NCBI GenBank assembly: GCA_963708295.1
Contig: CAVPSJ010000014.1
Location: forward strand, 288,001-352,000
Direction: 5' to 3'
Length of the DNA stretch: 64,000 nucleotides
DNA from: an uncultured delta proteobacterium
Lineage (GTDB): Bacteria; Desulfobacterota; BSN033; UBA1163
Shown here: positions 58,635 through 64,000 of the stretch, in pieces
Layout of the letters: each line of letters starts with the position of its first letter
Numbering within the stretch: the first letter of the stretch is position 1
Translations under genes and position numbers: made by a program
Notes under the pieces: model-generated
Told to the model about the DNA's origin: nothing
What the model saw: only the letters and a program-made list of their open reading frames with translations
Database searches by the model: none

Positions 58635-59816
58635 CTATCTCTCCAAGGGCCATGATACCCGGATGGTCGTTCCTGATCCATGAATAGACTCAATGGCAAA
58701 CGAACCTCCTGTAAGCTCGGCCCGTTCCTTCATGCTGGTAAGTCCTAACCCCCTCCCGGGATTCTCAGCATATAACTTTTCTTCAAGGTCGAACCCCCGG
58801 CCATTATCCTCAATAACCATTTCTATCTTATCAGTTTTCTTCAGGGAGAGGGTCGCAACCTCTGCTTTGCTGTGTTTGGCAACATTGTTAAAAGCCTCCT
58901 GGCAGATTCTGTAGATTACTGTTTTCAGATGATCAGGAACATCTTTTTCTTCTATGTTCATCTGGGTTTTGATATGAATGCTTAAATAGGTTTTTTGAAA
59001 TTCCCTGAAGAACCAGTTAAGGGTGGGTAAGATACCCAGATCGTCGAGGCTGGAGGGCCGTAAAGCCATCTGGATTCTCCGAGATTCTTCGATGGTTTTT
59101 TGAATCATAGGGATGATGCTCTCCGCGTCACTACTGGCACCCTTCTGAAGAACTTGTTCCATCCTAAATTTGATAGCCCCTAAGGATCCCCCAAGGCTGT
59201 CATGAATTTCGCTGGCAAGTAGTTTTCTCTCATTCTCTTGTGCGATGAGGAGCTGGGAAGAGAGGTACCTCAGCCGCTCTTCTGACTCCTTCAACTGCTG
59301 TTCCGCTCTCTTGCGCTCGGTCAAATCCATTACCACCATACAAACTGCAGACACTTCATCTGTCATGAGCGGATTGAAGGAAAGATATACCGAAACAAGC
59401 TGTCCGTCTCCTCTTTTGAGGGAAATCTCTACCCTGCTGGCTTCCTGTTTGCCTCTTTGGAACGCAGATTCAAAGCTGACCGTGTCTGTCGGACCGATGA
59501 ATCGGTATATCGAGGAGCCTATCACCTGTTCACTGGGTATTAAAAGTAGTTCTGCAAGGCGGCCGTTACAATAGAGGATCGTTCCACCCGGGTCCAGTGT
59601 CACAGCCCCCTCATTCATGGTTTCGACATAAACACGGTAGGGTTGTTCCGCGCCCTTCAAGGTGTAGACCTGATCTCCTTGAGGGCTTGAGATAACCAAG
59701 GCGTCAACTTCGCCTTTCCGAATGGCACTAAGTGTCTCCTCAGCTTCTTCGAGGCGCATCCGAAGATCTTCTATTTGAAGAAGATGCTTGTCCTTTCTTT
59801 TTGTATCTTTTTTCAT
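58635..59816 (-). CDS. PAS-domain histidine kinase (HisKA_3), kai-associated
   Basis: N-terminal EEAEETL.AIRKGEVDALV module, PAS (TMNEGA...ILYCN), QENERK..A.EIHD, LRPS.LDDLG, QEA.NN..KHS, DNG.GFD, GLGL..MKER; no transmembrane segment. Confidence 0.92.
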   Translation of the reverse strand: MKKDTKRKDKHLLQIEDLRMRLEEAEETLSAIRKGEVDALVISSPQGDQVYTLKGAEQPYRVYVETMNEGAVTLDPGGTILYCNGRLAELLLIPSEQVIGSSIYRFIGPTDTVSFESAFQRGKQEASRVEISLKRGDGQLVSVYLSFNPLMTDEVSAVCMVVMDLTERKRAEQQLKESEERLRYLSSQLLIAQENERKLLASEIHDSLGGSLGAIKFRMEQVLQKGASSDAESIIPMIQKTIEESRRIQMALRPSSLDDLGILPTLNWFFREFQKTYLSIHIKTQMNIEEKDVPDHLKTVIYRICQEAFNNVAKHSKAEVATLSLKKTDKIEMVIEDNGRGFDLEEKLYAENPGRGLGLTSMKERAELTGGSFAIESIHGSGTTIRVSWPLER

Positions 59817-59824
59817 AACATCAC

Positions 59825-60166
59825 CTATTTTTTTGGTGTTAAATCTAATCCCAGGACAATCCGTCCCGTATCCGACATGTCGCCGATGAATCTGCGTAAG
59901 GGCAGAGGAAGTTTCTTGATGAGTGTGGGTGTAGCAATGATTTGTTCTCCTTCGGCAAGCACAGGTCTCTGGTAGATATCGATGACTTCAAGATCGCACC
60001 GGCCATGGAGCTCCTCGTCGCAGATTTTTTTGATGTTCTGGATGGCTCGCGTGGATTTGGGTGTCATGCCTGTCACGTATAAACGCAGCACATACTTCTC
60101 TTTTAATGACTTTTTTAGAACCCTCTCAAATGATTTAGTTGAATCTTTAACTTTTTTTTGTTTCAT
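59825..60166 (-). CDS. kaiB: KaiB family protein (second copy)
   Basis: YVLRLYVTG.TPKS.RAI.N.KKIC, IDIYQ.P.LA, IIATPTLIKKLPLP.RR.IGD. Confidence 0.93.
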   Translation of the reverse strand: MKQKKVKDSTKSFERVLKKSLKEKYVLRLYVTGMTPKSTRAIQNIKKICDEELHGRCDLEVIDIYQRPVLAEGEQIIATPTLIKKLPLPLRRFIGDMSDTGRIVLGLDLTPKK

Positions 60167-60195
60167 AACTTATCTCCTACAATGGCCCCTTTCTT

Positions 60196-60522
60196 CTACA
60201 TTTTCGGACGAACGTCAAGTCCAACCAGAACACGCAGGGTGTTTGAGAGATCACCGATGATTTTCTTTATCGGGGGAGGAAGCTTCCTCACCAGGGTCGG
60301 AATGGCCAGGATTTGATCTCCGCTGGCGAGTTGAGGATTCTTCAGAAGGTCGATAACCTCAATATGATATTTGCCCTCGAGATGCTCCTCGCAGATCTTC
60401 TTGAGATTGGCAAAGGCTGCTAACGATTTCGGTGTCTGCCCTGCCACATAAAGTCTTAATTCCCACGTGTCTTTCTTCGGTTTCGCATTTTTTCCGGGTC
60501 CGGCTGCCACTTTTCTTTTCAT
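60196..60522 (-). CDS. kaiB: KaiB family protein (first copy)
   Basis: [49 protein letters not shown]...IIGDLS. Confidence 0.95.
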   Translation of the reverse strand: MKRKVAAGPGKNAKPKKDTWELRLYVAGQTPKSLAAFANLKKICEEHLEGKYHIEVIDLLKNPQLASGDQILAIPTLVRKLPPPIKKIIGDLSNTLRVLVGLDVRPKM

Positions 60523-62243
60523 CTATTCCTCCTCTCAGAGTTTTCATCTTCCTTGCGCATGCCGGCTATCTTTTCCCGGAGTTTCGAAACACCGTTTCGT
60601 CGCATTTTTTCCTGCTCGGTCAGTTTATTCAGCTCCTGCTCTTCTGCTTGGATCTGGGCACGCAATGAAGCGATCTGGGCTTCCAATGCCTTGCGCTTGG
60701 TCTCCACATTCAGCTTTCTCCGCTCAATCTCCTTCTGATGCGACAATTCAATATCCCTCTCCTGGGTTTCTTGAGATATTCGCGCCGAGCCTGTCAACAC
60801 GCCTGACGGGCCGACATAGACATCGATCAGATCGATTCCCTTACCGGTTAATAAGAACTCCCGGATCTGGTTGGAGTGCGCCATGCCTCGGGATTTGAGG
60901 ATGTACAGACCACGATTGCGTTCCCCTCCAATTTCGATGTCGCGAAGCAGGAGCCAGGTATCGGATAACGAAGACATTCCCACCTCCGTCTGTTCAAGAG
61001 GGCTACCCGCGCCTGTCAGGGTCGTAAAGAGTGCGGTTGTCTGATTGGATTTCATCTCGTCCAGCAAACGAGTCAGCATGGCCTTGACATCAGTTTCACT
61101 GGCAACGCTGCCGAGATTAGTCACGGGGTCCACAATAACAACTTTTGGTTTGAACTCCTCAATGAACTTGTGCATGGATGCCAGATGGGCTTCCAACCCA
61201 TAGACAGTCGGTCGCTCTGCATGAAATTTTAGAAGTCCCTTTTCCACCCATGGTTGAAGGTCGATGCCAATCGAGCGCATATTGCGAATAATCTGAGAGG
61301 GGGACTCTTCAAAGGCAAAAAAGGCAGATCGCTCCCCGCGGCGGCACGCTGCATCGACAAAGTGCGCTGCGATGCTGGTCTTACCTGTCCCAGCGGTTCC
61401 AGATACAAGAATACCGCTGCCTCGGAAATATCCTTTTCCTCCCAGCATGGTGTCGAGGCGAGGGATGCCTGTCGAAATTCGTTGGCTTGTGACAATATGC
61501 TGCAATCCAAGGGATGTAATGGGCATGACGTCTATGCCCCGTTCGTCAATCAGGAACGGGAACTCATTGGTGCCGTGGGTCGAGCCCCGGTACTTGACGA
61601 CGCGCAGACGGCGGGTGGAGATCTGATTCGCCACTCTGTGATCGAGGAGGATCACGCAATCGGAAACATATTCTTCAAGACCGTGCCGCGTCAGGGCGTT
61701 TTCCCCTCGCTCCCCTGTGATGATGGCTGTCATGCCTTTCTTTTTCAGCCAACGAAAGAGGCGGCGAAGTTCTGCCCGGAGGATGGAAGGATTGGGCAGT
61801 CCCGCGAAGAGCGATTCAATCGTATCCAGGACGACTCTTTTTGCACCGATCGAATCAATCGCATTGCCAAGGCGAATGAAGAGACCTTCAAGGTCGTATT
61901 CGCCGGTTTCCTCGATCTCGCTCCGCTCAATATGAACATAGTCGATGAAAAGTCTCTTGGAAGCGGTCAGGCGATTCAGGTCAAAGCCGAGGGAGGCCAC
62001 ATTCTTTGTCAATTCCTCACCGGATTCCTCAAATGACATGAAGACCCCCGGTTCATTAAACTGGATCGCCCCCCGAACAAGAAACTCCATGCCGAAAAGT
62101 GTCTTCCCGGACCCGGCACCGCCGCACACCAGGGTGGGGCGACCCTTGGGTAGCCCCCCATTCGTGATTTCATCAAAGCCGGCTATTCCCGTAGGAACTT
62201 TCTGCAAACCACCTCTGAGCAATCTTGTCTTTTCTTTGGCCAT
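60519..62243 (-). CDS. kaiC: KaiC double-domain ATPase/kinase with C-terminal coiled coil
   Basis: Two Walker A motifs ([16 protein letters not shown]), two FEES motifs, KYRGS.H, KSRGM.HS, MSSLSDT at the phosphosite position, long charged C-terminal helix. Confidence 0.96.
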   Translation of the reverse strand: MAKEKTRLLRGGLQKVPTGIAGFDEITNGGLPKGRPTLVCGGAGSGKTLFGMEFLVRGAIQFNEPGVFMSFEESGEELTKNVASLGFDLNRLTASKRLFIDYVHIERSEIEETGEYDLEGLFIRLGNAIDSIGAKRVVLDTIESLFAGLPNPSILRAELRRLFRWLKKKGMTAIITGERGENALTRHGLEEYVSDCVILLDHRVANQISTRRLRVVKYRGSTHGTNEFPFLIDERGIDVMPITSLGLQHIVTSQRISTGIPRLDTMLGGKGYFRGSGILVSGTAGTGKTSIAAHFVDAACRRGERSAFFAFEESPSQIIRNMRSIGIDLQPWVEKGLLKFHAERPTVYGLEAHLASMHKFIEEFKPKVVIVDPVTNLGSVASETDVKAMLTRLLDEMKSNQTTALFTTLTGAGSPLEQTEVGMSSLSDTWLLLRDIEIGGERNRGLYILKSRGMAHSNQIREFLLTGKGIDLIDVYVGPSGVLTGSARISQETQERDIELSHQKEIERRKLNVETKRKALEAQIASLRAQIQAEEQELNKLTEQEKMRRNGVSKLREKIAGMRKEDENSERRNR

Positions 62244-62725
62244 GATTATCTCCCTCTTGTTCAAGAAATCTGAACCGAAACTTTAAATTAACGAGGAAAT
62301 CTCCCTCATCTAAAATCTAAAGATTTGGAACTTCAGAATTATCTGCACGGTTGAGAGGACAGTATTGCAAACAGTTCAAAAAGTCAATCCTCTTTTATGT
62401 ATTTTTTCGGGATCGGTGGGTCCCTCCGTGCATCCAACAATTTTATTGATTTCCAGTCGAAATGTTGCATAAAAGGATAGAAATCGGAAAACAAGATTTC
62501 AGGAAGTTATCTGCATCTTATTATGGTAGAAACTGGCATCTGGGTTTTCAGAGAAAAGTTAATATCACATTTGGCATTGTGTGCCGGGCGAAGCACTGAC
62601 TTTTTCACCTAAATCCGCCGGAATCTCATCCGCGAAAAAAAGAGGGTGCGCTCAAGGTTTTGCTAACCTTGAACGCACCCTCAATAAACCTCACAAGATG
62701 TTTGTGAAGAAGAGTTATTATTTCT

Positions 62726-62850
62726 CAGGCTGCTCAAAAATGCCCAGATGCAAGGCTCCCAAGATCCCGAGGAATGAGGCGTACTTGGATGTACGCTGCA
62801 ATGACGAGGGATGAGGGAAACGCAGCAGATAGGCGTTTTTCAGCAGCCTG
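62726..62850. repeat. MITE-like element (same family as 9801 and 29627), no REP cargo
   Basis: CAGGCTGCTCAAAAA..CAGATGCAAGG..TTTTTCAGCAGCCTG. Confidence 0.7.
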
Positions 62851-62878
62851 CTAGGGTTTATGCCTCGGCCAAGGAAGC

Positions 62879-64000
62879 TCAGGATTTCCTCGGGATGATC
62901 GGGACGAGAACAAAGGAAGATTTCTTCCCGCCTGCATGGATCGTGCTTTTGCCACCGAAGATGGCCTCCGGCCGATCATCGGGATCGTTATGGAGGAACG
63001 GCCCGCAGCCCCTCAGTTCGTTTGCAAAAGACTTGATACGTATTCCCTCCCCCGGGATGTTCGTAGTCTTTCCCTCGAACGGTCAGGGCAATTCGGTACC
63101 CGGCCGGCACAACGATACAGGTTGGCCATATCTCGATATCGAGCTCATACACTTTTCCGGGCGTAAGGGGCTCTCTCACGACGTGCGGGTGATAGGGACG
63201 GTATTTGGTGCTGAGGACAGGATCGAGTTTACGATGGGATGCCCGGAGCCACCCCTGTGCAATGGGGGTGTGCGGGTCGAGAGCACCCTGGAAAACGACC
63301 TCTTTGAGATCAGGGGCGAAGACCCGGAGGATGAGAAAGAGGTCGGCGTCCGTCGTCGAGGAGGAGACGAACAATTTTGAGGCAATGGGTCCGGTGATTT
63401 CGGTCTCCTCCTTTAGCGGAGGTGTCATGAAGGTAACGCCGTCACCGAGAGCTTCGAACTCAACCTTTCCCGTTTCTTCCGCCGGTTTCTTGCTGAGACT
63501 ACAGTCCGCAGGGTTGAGGTAGAGCTTGGTCCACCGGGTCCGGGCCAGAGGCCATTCTTTTTCGGCACGCTGGACAAAACCGTCAATTTTTCGGACCTGA
63601 AGCTGCACCTTCGGCTGTTTCTTCCAATCATTATCCAGACCTTTTAGGAATCGGTCGAAGAACCGCTTCTGCAGTGTGACGCCGTAACGGGTGTAGAATT
63701 CTGTCCAGTGCTCGATGCCATGGACCTCCAGCCACTTCTGCTTTGAGGCAGACTGTGTGAAGCCCTCAAAATTTCCCCGGGGATGAAGCCCCTGACCTCC
63801 CCAGTTGGCTGAGGAAAACAGAGGAACCGTGATCTTTGACCAGATCGGTGATCTGTCTATATGGTATTGGTCATCCGTGGGATGAGCTTTGATCGCTGCT
63901 CCCAGATCTGTTCGGTTCTTCGCCAATTCTTCATCCGACAGAGTTTCAGGGCCGGATGCCAGCTCTCCTGTATTGGGATTGACGTAACCCCGCTTTCCGA
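62879..64000 (-). CDS. CocE/NonD family hydrolase (peptidase S15), 5'-truncated by the window edge; one apparent frameshift near 63052
   Basis: SSANWGGQGLHPRGN.EG, QKRFFD.FLKG, WPLART.W, EITGP, GWLRASHR; the tail GCGPFLHNDP..VPIIPRKS* is in another frame. Confidence 0.88.

Overview
A 64-kb chromosomal window from a moderately GC-rich bacterium. Gene content (hrcA-grpE-dnaK, lon, lysA-dapF-dapB, an in-frame UGA selenoprotein candidate, dense intergenic palindromes) suggests an anaerobic Desulfobacterota/Deltaproteobacteria-like organism; this is an inference. It has four parts. (1) 1-4.8 kb is a variable hot spot: one VapBC pair, one Phd-VapC pair with most of the toxin deleted, and three AT-rich secreted-protein genes alternating with one intact and two remnant RAYT-type (Y1 HUH) transposase elements. 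The intact element is bounded by 23-bp inverted repeats. (2) 4.8-19.1 kb is housekeeping: dnaK, grpE, hrcA, a YhaM-like nuclease, lon, rfaE2, maf, yggS, an FN3 lipoprotein, lysA, dapF and dapB. (3) 19.5-55.7 kb is an almost entirely minus-strand catabolic region. It holds a thiolase, an orphan molybdopterin enzyme and an AT-rich acyltransferase. A GntR-headed operon encodes an M24 hydrolase, a C-GCAxxG-C-C protein with UGA at a conserved Cys, a Liv-type ABC transporter with duplicated binding proteins, a Tm-1-like ATP-binding plus TIM-barrel pair, an MBL hydrolase, a cyclic amidohydrolase, a DRE-TIM enzyme and GlcD/GlcF. Next to it is an oxamate-carbamoyltransferase-like (FdrA/DUF1116/DUF2877), carbamate kinase and BMP nucleoside-ABC cluster. 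(4) 56-64 kb has an orphan binding protein, a nitroreductase, a KaiA-less kaiC-kaiB-kaiB-PAS kinase-kaiB operon and a partial CocE/NonD hydrolase. About nine single-base frameshifts in otherwise intact genes look like long-read errors. No tRNA, rRNA or CRISPR array was recognised.
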